Assembly: GCA_904063045.1 (NCBI GenBank)
Contig: CAJFCJ010000002.1
Coordinates: 3,405,891-3,469,890, forward strand
Source of the DNA: Dimorphilus gyrociliatus
Lineage: Eukaryota > Animalia > Annelida
DNA length: 64,000 nt
Direction: 5' to 3'
Shown here: one piece after another, positions 1 to 18,800 of the stretch
Layout of the letters: each line of letters starts with the position of its first letter
How positions within the stretch are numbered: the stretch's first letter is position 1
Made by a program: the position numbers and the translations under genes
Notes under the pieces: model-generated
Told to the model about the DNA's origin: nothing
Databases searched by the model: none
What the model saw: only the letters and a program-made list of their open reading frames with translations

Positions 1-2765
1 GTATTTAAAGGGGATTTTACATCGAAATATACTTGATCTATAGGAAATTATTGTTATCAAACAAGTATTATATGGATTTATATATCTTGATAAACTATAT
101 TATATAAAACAAAGAGAAAAATGTAATTGAGAGAACCTACAAAAGTTAAAAAATATCTGTTGTTTTATAAAATTATCATAGTTAGATACGCTAGAATAAT
201 CATATTGAGAGAAAAATTACAAGATTACTTAAATAGTTCTTTTTTAAAAATTGTCTTTTGTATTGTATAGAAGTCTATTCTTAAAAAACTAACAGTAAAA
301 AAGCTTTTACATTTCTCTTTTTTGAATTAATAATTTCAAACTGAAATATTTAAAAAAAAGATACACTATCACAGCTGTTACCTTCAAAGAATGCTTTATT
401 CAAACACGTAATTTTGTACATGAAATAACGGTTATATCTTAAGCTGAATATAAACATAACAATAACTTTACTAAGATTATAATGATTTGCTCTTCCTCTT
501 TATTTTGTCAATTTAAATTATTCTATTGCGTTTATAATATACATTTTTCTAAACAGCTGTTATTTTATTACACAAAAACACTGTCTAATATATATGAGAC
601 AGTTATTACATAAGCTATACTTATTTTATGGAGAACAATTGCATATTAATAATAATTACTTTTTACTCGGAATTATTCGTTGCGTGATATTTCATGAATA
701 ATTTTCTTCGAGTGCTTTACTAGAATTCTTTTATTTTCTCCAAAAAGGAAAATCTATATAATATTTTAGCTAATTATTAAAGGATGATTTCTTTTATAGA
801 TATTCTTGTTAAGAGTATTAATTGACTTTTTTATACTCATTTGAATAAATAGACTTAGTTGCTCAAAAGCCAAGTTAGTAGGTTTATTTTACTTGGAATG
901 AACTTAAAACATTGGGTTTGTTTTAAATATCGGTTATAAAGAGAAATGTTCTGTAACTTAGTTATATTGGCAATTTCAAAGATTAAAATCCGTGTAATAC
1001 TCATAAACAATCAGAAACATATGAAGTTTTCTTTGACGTAAGCAGATGGAGATAGAACTCGTCAAGTAACTCCTGTATTTTTCTCAGTAAGCTTTTTTTG
1101 TTAAATCACAATGAAAAGAGATACGGTATGTTTAATTTATCCGTAAACTTGAGTAATCTATAATTTTAAATGAAAATCAGTTCGTCATACGACCTAAAGT
1201 ATATGATGTCAGAGGTATGTTACTGTAAACTTAGTGTTGCATCCAGAACGAATGGAAAGCCTAATATATATCTATCTCAAGATTTGAAACATACTTAATG
1301 TTTTTAGTAAATCATTAGGTGGCGCTTTATGTCTTCGAAATGTTTTTTACAATGTTACCTGTTATGGCCATCTATTAGATTATCTAGTAATTAAACCATA
1401 TCACAATGAAGAGATAATCCTTTTTGAATAGAGACCAAATATAGGTCACGATAACCGTGACATTTTTAGTAAAAAGATATAGTAAGGGGAAAGTTTATAT
1501 ATAACATACACATACATACAGTATTTATATATAGAATATAAATATATGGCTCATTGAATGATGCTTTGCGAAGGTGCTAATTAAATAATAATAGCTGGTT
1601 AAATAAAACACTAATTAATCCCCGTGAGTTAAATTAGTCGCATTCAAATTTCAGATAATGAATCTAGTCATTTAAAGATCAAATTGGAAAATTTGGTGGT
1701 ACTCTCTGACCTTAAACAAAAACATTTAATTAAATAAACTTCACGTGATAAATAACAACTTCATATGTCAAACTAAACTAAACAAACGCTACCGATATAC
1801 TGTATTGTGAAATTTAGACTAAAATGTACAACAAATATTTTTGTAGATAATGACATACTCTCAGCTTTGTTAATAAAAAGTACACTAAGGTACACATTCT
1901 AAGAACAATAACTGACCTTAAAGCTAAAAATTAATCCTACTCTCAGATATTTAATTGAAGCGTACAATATCAAATTACAATTTAGACTATATTTATATTT
2001 ATAAGCAAACATTATTTTTCCTTTTAGGATTATATGTTTCTTTTGAGAAGATGAATCAATCTTTCAGTGCTGGTTTATAAAATCTTAACTAGATTGTTCA
2101 TCTTGGTAGGAAATATTACGATTTTCTTTCTAGCACTGATATTTTAAATTCGTTGTAGTTAAAGAATAAATAAGAAACTTTAAATTTATGACATAGCATA
2201 ACTAAGTGTTAAGGGCCATTTTTATAATATTACTCTGTAAAAATAGACAGGTATTTTTTTGTGTTTCAAACAAAAGCTGTTTATTGATTTTGTGACGACA
2301 TATGTATTAATATTTATGTGAATTCAATTAATTCCAGTTAATTTTATAACTGTTATTTTATTTTTGCCTTGAACTGGTCTTACTTAGATAATAAGGAAGT
2401 CACCATATTCTTGTCTTTTTTAAGGACTTACACGTTTTACTTTTATCAGTTGTTCTTTAAATTCTATTAAAAAAAACTAAAGATATGAACTTTGATCCAA
2501 CTTTTCAAGATGATTAAAAAAAACTATTTATTACTTACGAATACGTAATACAATTGAACTTTACACTTGCTATATATATATATTGACGTTAGATGGCGGT
2601 TAATTTTCTCTATGCAATAACTGTAGAGGGCGTTATAATCATATATTGTTTTGGGCATTAGTACGACTGCGCAGTTCGACAGTTCTTGCCGGTTTCCGAT
2701 AGATTGAGAAGGATTTGAGAAAACTTGAACTTGTGCTTAGTTTAGCTATAAGCTATTAGGCACAA

Positions 2766-2847
2766 ATGAGGATGAAGAAATTTGGTTTTAGTATCAAAAA
2801 GGAAAAAAATCCTACCCAAAACCATGAATTAAAGTCGCAATTACCAG
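2766..2847 (+). CDS. Candidate alternative first coding exon of the Smad gene (MRMKKFGFSIKKEKNPTQNHELKSQLP)
   Basis: ATG at 2766 with an in-frame TAG just upstream (2757-2759); 27 open codons +1 nt; donor CCAG|GTATTA; phase 1 matches acceptor at 3138; lies just downstream of a CpG-richer patch (2590-2700). Confidence 0.5.
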
Positions 2848-3137
2848 GTATTAAGGAATATCTTATATTAAACTGTCATCATTTATAAAAATCAGGTGTT
2901 AATTATCAACGTTAATATAGAATAAGCATTTTTTGGAAAGCATGAACTACACTTGCAGGAAGTATTTCCCAGAAAATCCCTTGATATAAAACTACCTATA
3001 TAGCTATATATCATTATATGTATATGTGATGTTTTGAGCTCTGTTAATAATAGACAGCTTCTAGACTCTGGCGCGATTCTATTTAATAAACGTCAACATT
3101 ATTTAGTACATAATGTATAATTTCATTTATTTTTCAG

Positions 3138-6600
<3,463 letters not shown>

Positions 6601-9600
6601 GCATGGAAACAAGCATCCATTTATTTTTTGCAAGAGCGTTTTTTCTCAGTGTTCAGTTGCCTGTAAAGTCTTTTTGCTTTTGTACTCGAATTTTTTTCCT
6701 TGGATATATTAGTCGTTTAATCAGACCTTTCGATTTTTCGATCTGATTTAAGAGCATAACATATTCAGGAGAATAGTAATTATAATATTTTAATAATTAC
6801 TTTTCATTTTTACGTAACGCATTTAACACGCAAAAAATGTTAACTTATTTCATTATAAAGAGTTTACGGAAGGAAAAACGTACATGTATTTTAGCCAGCT
6901 GAGTCGCTACATTTTCTTTTGTACAATTGCTTTCTGTTGCTTAAGAAGCCTCTTTAGAGGTCTATAACTTTGAATGCACTAAATTTGTTAATAATGAATC
7001 TTATAACAAGTAGCTTGTTTTTAATATGTGCGCAAAATAAATTTTTTGTAATTATAATATAGGATATTGTATAAGAGAGAAAAAGTAATTCTGTGGAGAG
7101 TGTAATCACAAGGTTTACTGCCAGCTTTGCTCTTGTTTCTTTCATCGCGCTTTCATGGAGAGCTCAAACTCTGCAATTGGTTATTAGACTTGAAAAAGTT
7201 TCGTGGAGAAAGAAAATTACAGAATGCATATGAATATATAATTGAAGAGTATGTGTTGCACTGATTAAATCGAGTTAAATTAACTAATCAACGATATATA
7301 TTCAATTAAAAATTTGAGCAAAGAAATCCAGCTGATATTAATCTCAAGAAAACCGTAAATTCTTTATCCTATCAGGCAGAAAGACGAACGCGAGGTAGAC
7401 CCGGTAGTGTAGTGCCATTTGAGTTAGCCTAATTTGGAATAAATGAATACTTGAAAAGTGCCATATGGATGAATGAGAAGATATCATTTAAACTTTCGAA
7501 ATATGAAAAGCTTTATTTATGTAAATAAATTTTGATTTATTATTTATCAATCTGTCCATATGTTATTAGTTGAATAATGTTTTAAGTATCAAAGTGTTCG
7601 TACAGTTTCATTCTGTCCTTAATCACAATTGTATATCGTTCATGCTTATAGTAATAGTTATGATTTGAGTGTTTGTGTTTTTTGTGTGAGAAAAAGATAA
7701 AATATGCTCGATTAGAGTAACCTCAATGTCATAATACAAAAGGTTTTCTAGTAAATTACTGCTGTTAGTGCACGTAAAAGAAATTTATCTAATCTATCGA
7801 CTTCCGACAAAGATATGTAAAAATTGTTTGTTCCCTGTAAAAGAAACCATTGAACCTATAATTGAAACTGAAAATGATCTGTTAACCATTTCGATAAATT
7901 GAATGTATTATTTAATATCTACCAAGTACAGTATCTTGCATCTCTAAATTTATCAGCTTAATCTATATTTGCCTAGTTTTTTATATGTTTGTCTTAAAAA
8001 CTGTACTCTCTTATTTTTTGTCAGTTTTTTTTCTGCAAAGTAAACATCTTTCAAAAACTGGCTGTGTCCAATTAATTACATTTTCCCCTATAAAATTAGA
8101 TACTATTTAGAAAAGAATAACAAAAAAAACAAAGTTAAAAGCAACCTTATGATTTTCAAAACACCAAGAAGTACGCCTTGAATTACAATAAATAGTCTTT
8201 CTTTTGTACTAATAAACATACAAGTTATTATTCGATTACTTATGGAAAGAGGATTAACAAAAAAAGGATCATTAATAAACATTAAAGCGTTTTACAAGAG
8301 AGATTAGTATCATCTTTTTCTTTCATAAATCCTGTAGGAGAAATTTAATTATAGTAATCATTGCCTTGCACTGACTACACATTTCAAGGTGTATAATATA
8401 TAATAAGCATCGAAAAGTAGAAATGATTTACAAGACTTTTACAGTTTCAATTTATAATTTGATCTTAAATCTTACATTAATATTAAGGTAAAAATATTCT
8501 TGATTCTTCCAGTACAGGATAACTGCAGTATTAACCTCATTATTAATAAAAAACTGAGGTAAATATAGAGGTTTACTATATATATAAATTATAAATGTAC
8601 AAATAAAGGAGAAAAAATCTAGGTTACATCTTATACTGCTTCTCCTAACGACCTTGAAAGAGATTTCGTTTCCCACAGAGTGTTTTATAACAGTAGTTTC
8701 AAGTACGTGTATTTTAATGGAAATTTATTTGAGAATAATTCTTTTTCTGTATTAACTGCAATTCCGTTTGGTTACATTATTATAATAATAACGCTTCTAT
8801 ATACTGCATATATAAAGTGTAAATTTAATATCCGCCAAGCATAGAATAGAATAGAAAACATTTTTTACAGTATTTATATACTGTATATTTATATAATCTA
8901 TTGCAGATTTTAATGAAGAATTGAAGCAAATGATTAAAATAAATCCCTTTCAAAAAGAATAAGATTTTGTCTATCATTTAGTAAATAGTAGAGGGGACAC
9001 TAAGAATGGTTTATAATATAAAACCTATATAAATTGACAAACAAGAAACAGTTTAAAAAGCTAATATAATATAGAGTTTCCTTTTTTCTTATCTAACTTC
9101 AAAATAGTAGTAAATCTTATGGAATAGGCGTAGTAGATAAAATTTATTGTTGAGGACCGACTAAAGAATACAATTGAATAGTTTGCTACTGTGAGTCTTC
9201 TTTTTATCAACAGTCAAGTGACGTTCAGTTTCCTTTAGAAATTTGTCCCTACCTTTCTTTTGAAGACAAACATTCAGCTGTGTTTTATCTTCTTTCTTCG
9301 CCTAGATATCTACAGATAAGGAAAAGAGGGAGAAATGGATTCTTATTAATTGTATTTTCTTAGTATGGGAGAATATATAGCTGGTGCTTTCTTTATTGTT
9401 ATCTTTATTTTGTATTTTTTTTGAATAATTATTAAAAATAGTAAACCTTGAGGCTAAATGTAAAAAGGATATTTATAATAAGCAAGCCTCTTTATTATCT
9501 AAAAGAGTAACGCCATCTATTGATACATAGAAATACAATACAATACAGTCTAACAATTAAAAGTTGTTATTGTATTTTTCTTTCTTTTATATAACAATGA

Positions 9601-12600
9601 AGAAGTTATTTTAGTTAAAACTGTTCATATTTAAAGTATTATTGTTTAAGTAAAAAGTTAGACTGTTAGTATATCTGTCTTCTAAATAGATTTATTAAAA
9701 ATTCCTTATTGCCAACAACTTCTTTTCGTATACTAAACAAAATATCCTACAATTGAACAGAGATAAATCTCTAATAGTGTTCTCTTTATTGTTGACCTAA
9801 GGAATTTTCTTTCAAAGAGTATATCCATTATTACACTTAATTTAACTCTTTTCAACAAATGAATCGAAAAAATCCTCTTATACGAACAAGAATTGAAAAT
9901 AGAAAAATAAGAATTTTTTGGATCTGTGTCAATAATTTTATTACTCGATATAGCATCATGCTTTACTATGATCTCATGATATTTATATATAAAGATTTAT
10001 AGTTGTCATAATTTTCAAGATAGTTCATAAGCTAAGTTAAATCTATTTATTAGCTCAAAATACAAAATATGTTGTCTTTTTTTTTTATAAAAACAACAGT
10101 ACTATAAATATTTAAAGGACTGGATGTAGATTTAATCTGTTGAATAGGTAATAAACGTATTTAATAAACAACAACAGTTTTTTAAGTGTTTCTTACTTAT
10201 TCAAATAGTTTAATAAGTTTAATTATTATAAATTTAAAAAAGACTGTAAGCTCGAGTCTGGTAAAAGGAGATGTAGTAATGGAAGCGAATGAAGGAGAAC
10301 TGATAATGAATAGACATGAGTTTACTTTTATTCGAATAAAAGCCACTCAGGAGTTAGAACTAAATAGAATAGATCTAAACCAGTCTACAGGGGAGAATGG
10401 GAATATTTCCTCTTTACTAATGTGACGGAAAGAAGAAATGTGTCAAGTTTTATTTAACATTTATGTCTTGCTTGAATGAGACAATTTAGAGACAGTCTGC
10501 ATGCAATGGCTTATATAGGCTCACGCTATACATTAAAAGACTTAAAACTGCAAAGAATCCTGATAGACATGTCTTTAAGTTTTAAAATATCTGACTTTTT
10601 TTGGATATAAAACAGGAAATATTTTGTCAATTTGCTATCTGAGGAGAAAATCGTGGATTTTTTTCGAAGAGAGATTTAGTCCCTTTCCCTTCCGTTTTCC
10701 ATGGAAAAAATCCTAATTTACATATTAGAAAGCTCTTATTCTTTGCTTTAATACTACTTAGTAATAAATTCAAGTATATGCTTATTATACAACATTTAAC
10801 AGAAGCTTGAAAAACACTTTTCAGATGCTTTTTTATCGCAATCTATCAGTTTTTTTTAATACTTATAACAGATATGTAGTAGATTTGGCGATTATCAAAA
10901 GGGCGTACACTCGATTGTATAACGAAGAAACTATCCTTGCTAGCAGCTGTAAAAATGAAACGTAGACTATAAAATTAGTTTTAGAATTGAAGAACTAAAG
11001 ATCGAATATAGAGGATTTATTGAATATTTAACAAGAATAAATTCGTTCGGTTATCTTTTTGTATTATCCTTATACGATTACAGAAAAGGGTGAATTTTTT
11101 CTATAATTCTTCAAATAAATGATAAAAGGTTATTATAGTTTTTGCTATTTAAGTTACTCTAAAAAAAACGGATAATAAATTAACTATATACAGTCTATCG
11201 CGTAGGAATTGACTAAAGTTTTTATCTCTTATCGTATCGGAATAATGTAATTTTAATTTGAAAGCTTACATACTAATACATTTTTCTATGAGCGATAAGC
11301 GTTTAAAAATTATTTGTAATATAATGATCAGCTGACTATTATTAAGAAAATATCATCGACCTTTTTATCATATAGAAAAATAAAGTTAGTTGAATAATAA
11401 CGCAAATAGAAGAAAAACAATAGCATATGATATACTGTTTATTTATCAGAAACGCTTTGTTTTCTTTATCAATGAAATATATACAAATGTATATACTGTA
11501 TTACATGATTATAATATGAATTATAACGATATATCGTATTTAAAAAAAAAGAATAAAACTTTATTACAAGAAAATAAATATGCTGTCTGTTCAATTAACT
11601 TTTTCTACAATCTCTGAAAAGCATTGATTATCAATGAAACACTTTAGATTAAAATTTTTTCACAAGGTTAGAAAAGTTTTAAATAAAAATCATTATGAAG
11701 TTTAAAAAGTCTTTTTCAAGTACCAAGTTAATATAGAAGTGAAGAATAAAACAAAACCTGGCTTGTAAATATTCTATATATACAAAAAAAAACATACAAT
11801 ATTAAACTTAAGACAATAATGTAATTTAATATAAAACAACATTCACTTAGTATGTTTAGAAGAGTTGAGTAGTAAAAATAATATAACAGATATATAGATA
11901 TTTACTATTAATAATTAAGATATTATATATATACTGTATAATATATATTTATATATACTCTGTGGAAGTTGAAAAGTAAAAAAAGAAGAGATACTTTCAA
12001 GTTCACATGAGGTAAATTGTTATTACAAATTTTTTTTAATATTTTTTCATTATCTCAATTATCTCTCTTAATCTGTAATTGATTTTTAGTAAAAATGATA
12101 AAGAAAAATTGATTCATTATCCAAGAAATATAATAGTTTTTTTTTTAACTTTTCGCTTTGCTTCTGTTTAAAAAGTTAGCAAATCCCTCTTATTTGACCT
12201 TTTTCTTTAGATAAAATTGTACATATATACTGAATATATACATTCTTTATATACACAACTAATCGTTTGTATATTTTTATCAAAATTTTGACCTTATTCT
12301 GTAATGTTAAAAAGATTGAGGGTAGGAATCAGCAATGAAGAGATAATGAAAGCAACGTTAATTGTTTAATTATTGTTTTAATATGTGTATCATATGCTAA
12401 TGCTTTTGTTTCTAGGGCTAATTATAAACAGGAGAATTTTATACAATGCCATGAGAAATCTTATACCGCTCTTTTTTTTTTATTCAGTTTTGTTCTACTT
12501 TAGAATACAGTTGGATGATAATTTAGAGAAAGTATATTCTTTAAATAAAAAAAAAAACGGTAAATATTACTAGATTTTTCTGGATTATGTCGATTATCCT

Positions 12601-12878
12601 CTGTAAAAGGTTCGATTCAACAAATTGCCTAAACTTTGACTTGTCTTTTTTAGTCACGTATCTTTCAGATAAAAAAAATCAAATAAAGGAGAATCAATTG
12701 ACAGATATAGCTCACACTCTTAATCGGAACCTTTATTTTCACATTTAATAACTTAGGAGTAATAAGACAAACGGAAAATCATAAAAAGATAAAATAATTC
12801 AAGCTAACTTGATAATTTTATTAAAGAGGCCAATAAATTCGTTATTATATACTTAATTGGTTTGAAACTAAAGAGCTC

Positions 12879-15800
12879 ATGGCTGACTTTGAACTCGATA
12901 AAGAAAGAATTAAAGGTTATGAAGACGAGGAAGATGGAGGAAGAGAAAAGGTTAAATTTAGCTTTGTTTATTTTATAATCGAACAATAAAATAAATTTAT
13001 GTTTAAGTGAACATGTGAAAGATATTATCATATTTATAGTAGGTCTATAAAATTTTTCATTTAAACCCGTTTTAACATATTGTTGTTGTTGTTCATTTTC
13101 ATTAATTATCATTTTTCATTTTTTCCCTCTCTTCCTCCTCCTCAGCAATCAGGAACTAGAAAAATGAAATTATTCTACATTATACTTCTTATAACAGTCG
13201 TTGTTGGTTTATCTCTGGTAAATGATATTTATTATTTAATTATTAATGTAAAACTTTATGTAATAGATAATTGACAATATGTATTAATTGTTAAACATTT
13301 TAATATTTTAAGCGTGTTTATCTTTAGTTTTTTATTATAAATAGCTAGTATAAATAATCTGTAAAATAAGAGATAAATAACTACGAAACATTTTGATGGA
13401 GATTGAAGTTACCAAGTAACAGTTTTTGACCTTAGTATTCAGTATGAAAACAGCTGTTATTAGCATATTATTTTAAGCGATTTATTCTATTTATTTCTCT
13501 ACTAATTAAGAATTTAGTATAGGTAAATAGTTTTATAATTGATAGGTTTCTTTAGTAGGAGACTATCTTTGTTTTGAATATATTTATGAATGAATCAAAT
13601 AATTTTGTAATTGACTGTGTTAAATAGAATTTGGGTAAAAAGAAAATAATAGCCATATAATTGCTTCTTACGCTAGAAAATATGGTATTTAGTGTAGTAC
13701 ATCTATATATATAGTGTACATAGATGTGATATAAAGAGAAAGGCAGAGACACAAACAGAGAATAGACAAAGATAGAGAAAAGAGAGAGAAAGGATAGATT
13801 TTGACATAAAGTAATACTTGGGTAAAATTACTAATTTCCATTTAATTCCGCAGTCCTTAGGCTTGGGACTTGGATTACCGAAGAGGGGAAGTAATACTAA
13901 CAATGAGAAAAAATGTAAGGCTTGGAATGGGAAAAGAGTCTTCTCTCACTCTAGAACGAATATTAATTGGCTGAATGGAGAGTGTCCAAATAGAATGGGA
14001 AGAAAAAATTGTCCAAGTCACATGAAATCTTCTCCTACAATTCTTATAAGTTTGGATGGTTTCAGAACCGAATATTTAAGTAGGAATGTAACACCGGCCA
14101 TACAAAAATTAGCAGATTGTGGCGTTAGGGCGGAGAGCCTGAGAAGTATTTATCCGACAAAAACCTTTCCCAATCATTATTCTATGGTTACTGGGTTATA
14201 TCCAGAGAGTCATGGTGTTATTGACAATAGAATGTGGGATCCAAAGACAAAAGATTTTTTTGCTTTGAATTTACCTACAAAAAATGACCCAAAATGGTAT
14301 CAGGGTCGACCTATTTGGTTGAATGCTCAAGATAATGGCAAAAGAGTTAAAACCTTTTTCTGGCCTGGAACTGACGTCGTTCATGAAGGGAAACTTCCTG
14401 ATGATTGTTATCAATATGATAGGTAGTTTTGTTATCATTACAAGTATTAGTGTTATTTTGTTTTCTTAAAAATGCAGACACTTTTTTTCTGCTTAAAAAA
14501 CAAGAAAATAGATTAATTTATTCAGAAAATGAATATTTAACTTGAACTAAAATTCATATCAGTGAAAATAGAGAAAAAACAACAGTATTATTATTAACGT
14601 ATCTTATATTAATATTAGTGTATCGTAATTTTAATCAGTTGGCATATTCAATTTGTTATCTTGAATCTCTGATAATAAAAATAACAGTTTCTGTGAAAAT
14701 GAAGACAAATTATAATCTTTTTTTCCAAATACAGTTCCGTTCCTTATACTGCAAGAATTGATCAGATTTTGGAATGGTTTAAAGATAAAAATTCGCCACC
14801 TGATCTGGTTATTGCATATTTTGAGCAACCGGATAGTGCCGGTCATGAATATGGTCCATTTTCGGAGAATGTTGTATCCAATTTAACAAGAGTTGATAAC
14901 CTTATTAATAGACTTATAAGTGGACTAATTCAGGAAAATTTAGAGGAATGCGTTAATATTGTTTTAGTTAGTGATCATGGAATGGCTGAAACTAAATGTA
15001 GTAAAACTGTTAATTTAAATGAATATTTGGACACGAGTAATGTCTATGTACATCAAGGTTCTTTTACAAGGATTTCTGGGAAATATCGGAGGGAGGGTGG
15101 AAAAGTTGTTGAACACAATGGTCTTTCTGACGAGGAGATAATGAACAAGATGAGTTGTAATTATTACAATAATACAAAGGATTGGTACTTAAATGCAATG
15201 TTAAAACAAGATTTACCGGTTAGAATGCATTATGTTCAACATCCTAGAATAGACAATGTTGTTGTTGACGTAGAAAATGGTTGGTATACTCTTTCGTCAT
15301 CGCAGTGTAATATTGCAAAAGGAGGGCACGGATATGACTATCTTGATGAGAATATGAAATCAATTTTCCTTGGTTATGGCCCTGGATTTAAGCAAGGCTA
15401 CGTAGGAGAAGAATTCAGTAATATAGAAATATATAATTTAATATGTAATCTACTGGATATTAAGCCAAACAATAATAATGGAACAGAGCATGCTTTAGAT
15501 CATTTTCTTTCCTCTCCAAAAAACGTTAGCGATATGATTGAACCTGATTTTCCAATTCATACCAATCTACCATCCGAAAATGAAATGAAAAAGAGACGTA
15601 TGAGTTCCAACTGTAGATGTTACGACAACGACACAGTTGACCAGTTTGATAAAGAGTTAAACTTAACCGAGTCGCAAGCTAAAGAAGTTATTAATAGAGT
15701 CTTACCTTTGGGGGAACCGTTTAGTAAAAGTCCGTATAAGAGACTAATTCAACGAAATTATGCTATTGGATATAAGGAAAGCCTTGAAACGCCTTTATTT

Positions 15801-18800
15801 GTTGCCTTTCAAGTATTGAAGCCTATTAACTCTATATTAGATAACGGCTCTAAGGTTAACGATTTGAAAAATTGTACCAGACCAGATGTTCGAATAAGAA
15901 CGTCCCGGTGTAACGTGGACAATTCAATGCTATTAACAAAGCTTTTTCCTCCAGAACTTTCTCCAAATTCAAATGACAATAATACTGATATCCGGACAAA
16001 TGCAGTGAAAATGAACAAGCAATTCGCAGACACTGTCTGGATACACCTTATTCGTTTGATTGAGGAATATGGAGAGAAATTTAACCTAATTAACGTTATC
16101 TTGGGTCCTGTTTTTGATAGCAACAGAGATGGAATAGTAGATGAAAGTCCCGCTGACGTACCAACACATTTTTATGCTGTTCTGTATGGGAATCTTACTG
16201 ATAAGATAGTATCTATCGTTATACCACACAAAGAGATTTCAGATTGTGTTAAAAAATATCCACTTATTGATTATTTTAAGAAGCATATAGTATCTTTGAA
16301 AGATCTCGAGTTGATAACTGGATTAATATTTTTTACTAAGCTAAGAAACGTACCGGAGAGACATAAGCGATTTGTACAATTACATAGCTTATGGGATGAA
16401 TTGGAGTGGAAAGATAGTAATTATAACTGCGAATTGTGCAAAAATAATGATAAAAGTACAAAACCCCTTCTTCTCATAAGTATTGATGGGTTAAGATCAG
16501 ATAAGTATGAATCTCTCGATAGTTTAGCAAAATTTTCGCAATGTGGAGTTCGGGCGAAAAAGATGAGATCAGTATTTCCATCAATAACATTCCCGAATCA
16601 TTATTCTCAGGTCACAGGACTTTACCCCCAGCATCATGGCATCATTGATAATGCAATGTATGATAAGGATATAGGAAAATTCTTTTACATCAGTTCTCCT
16701 ATAGCGAAAATTAGTGATTGGTGGAAAGGGGATCCAATATGGAATACAATAAGAAGAGATAACAAAACAGCTTTTACTTATTTTTGGCCAGGATCCGATG
16801 TTAGGATAAAAGGTTCCTACCCTAATGTTTATAAAATGTTTAACTCGTAAGTAGACTATTTTCTTCTATTTCCATATATGTAAACACGCATTTATCAGAG
16901 ACACAGATTGTATTTAAACTGAAAAATACTTTTTCTTTATTAGAGATGTGCCCAACAAGGAAAGAGTTCGTAATGTCATCGAATGGCTTGAAAGGGGTGA
17001 AGGAAAGTACGAAAGAGCTGATCTCATTACTTTATACTTTGAAAATGTCGACAAAGCTGGACATGATGGCGGTCCTCATTCCATCCAAGTTAAAGAAGAG
17101 TCTAAATCGCTTGATAAAGAATTAAAAAAAATTTTTAACTATATCTATAGAAAACGAAAGTGTGTTAATGTAGTTATAATTTCTGATCATGGAATGGCAG
17201 ATATTACATGCGATAATCAAGTTGTATTAAAAGACTATTTATCTGATTATGCTTTGAGTAAAATGAATGCATTTTATGGAACTGGAAGCCGTATAAGCAA
17301 TACATACACTAGAGGGCAGAATGGATCTTATTATAACATTCCTGAAAATGAAAGAATTCCACTATCCAAAATTAAAGCGAACTTATCAACTTGTCTAATT
17401 AAAAATCTTCAAAATTATAACAAAGAATTAGCACCAATACGCTTTCATTATTCACAATCAAAGAGAATTGAAGAACTATTAGTTTTCATCAACATAAATT
17501 GGTTGATAGGAGTGTAAGTGGGCATGAAGTTGAATTTGAATATAATAAAAAATTAATTAACGTTTCTTTCTAGAGTTAAAAAGGAATTGTGTCATCTCAA
17601 GGGCAATCATGGTTGGGATCCAACCGAAGATGACATGAAAGCCTTCTTCGCCGGGGTTGGACCAGATTTTAGACTAAATTTTACGTTTGATTATGAATTT
17701 GAAAATATTGAGTTATATAACTTAATAAGTGGTTGGTCTTAAATGTTTTAATGTATAGTAAATATGACTTTATGTTATTTCTTTTTTACATAGGCTTACT
17801 GAATGTTACCCCTTCACCAAATAATGGAACTGAAAATTCTCTATCTTTCCTTCTGAAAAATCCACCCAAATTGGACATTAAAAATGAAACTGAATCTAAT
17901 TATAATCCTACAGAATTTCCGGATTTGGCAACCTATACTTTAAGAATTAACAGAACAAACTGTTCAATTTGTCAGAACTTTACACATGATAGCAGTATGC
18001 TTGATATCTTGAATGACGAAAAACCTCAACTTATAGAGAAGCATATAAAGCACGGTTTACCGGAAATAACAGCTTTTCAAGAGAAACCAGAACTTCTCTT
18101 TCAGCAGTCCTTTGTAACGTCCTATTGGAAATTAATTTCCTATCCAGCAATGGTTGCAGCTCATTTGAATGTATCCCAAATTTCGTACAAAGAGAATTCT
18201 GATCGTAAAGATACGGATTTTTGCCCATATAAGATAGATTTTCGTCTAGAGAATGAAAAGACATGTTCTAGCTTTAAAGACCAACAGTTTCTTTTCCCAT
18301 TAAAGTGGACATCAGAACCCGATGAAGCAAAGTATCATACAAATGTAGTGGAGATGAATGAAGATTTCAAGTCGAGTAAGCGCCTTTCACATAATAATAT
18401 CTTAAACCTTTTGATTATTTATATTTTTTATTATATAGATACTTGGTCTGTTCTTTTGAAACAAGAAGTGGAAGATAAATTGATAAATAGTAAAGAAGAT
18501 TTGTACGTAATACTCGGAACAGCTTTTGATTACAATTACGATGGTTTGGCGGATAATTTAACAGAGATAAACTCAACAACACCATCCCATTACTTTTTAA
18601 TAACGCTAAAAGAAGATGTCAATTCTCGTTGGCATGGAAAATCATGGGTACTTCCTCACCTAAAATCATTTCCAGAGTGTATTGTAAGTTTTAAAACATA
18701 GTCATTAAATATATCATATTATAATTTCTATAAAACAATTTAGAATACATCCCACTACATCAGTGATCATCGGACAAGAATCCGCGATGTTGAACTAATC

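Noticed and set aside
10186-10425. 79-aa ORF with protein-like middle (GDVVMEANEGELIMNRHEF) containing an 18-bp palindrome (10325-10342)
   Set aside because: No recognisable family, no convincing flanking splice sites, and such palindromes are plausible by chance in AT-rich DNA.
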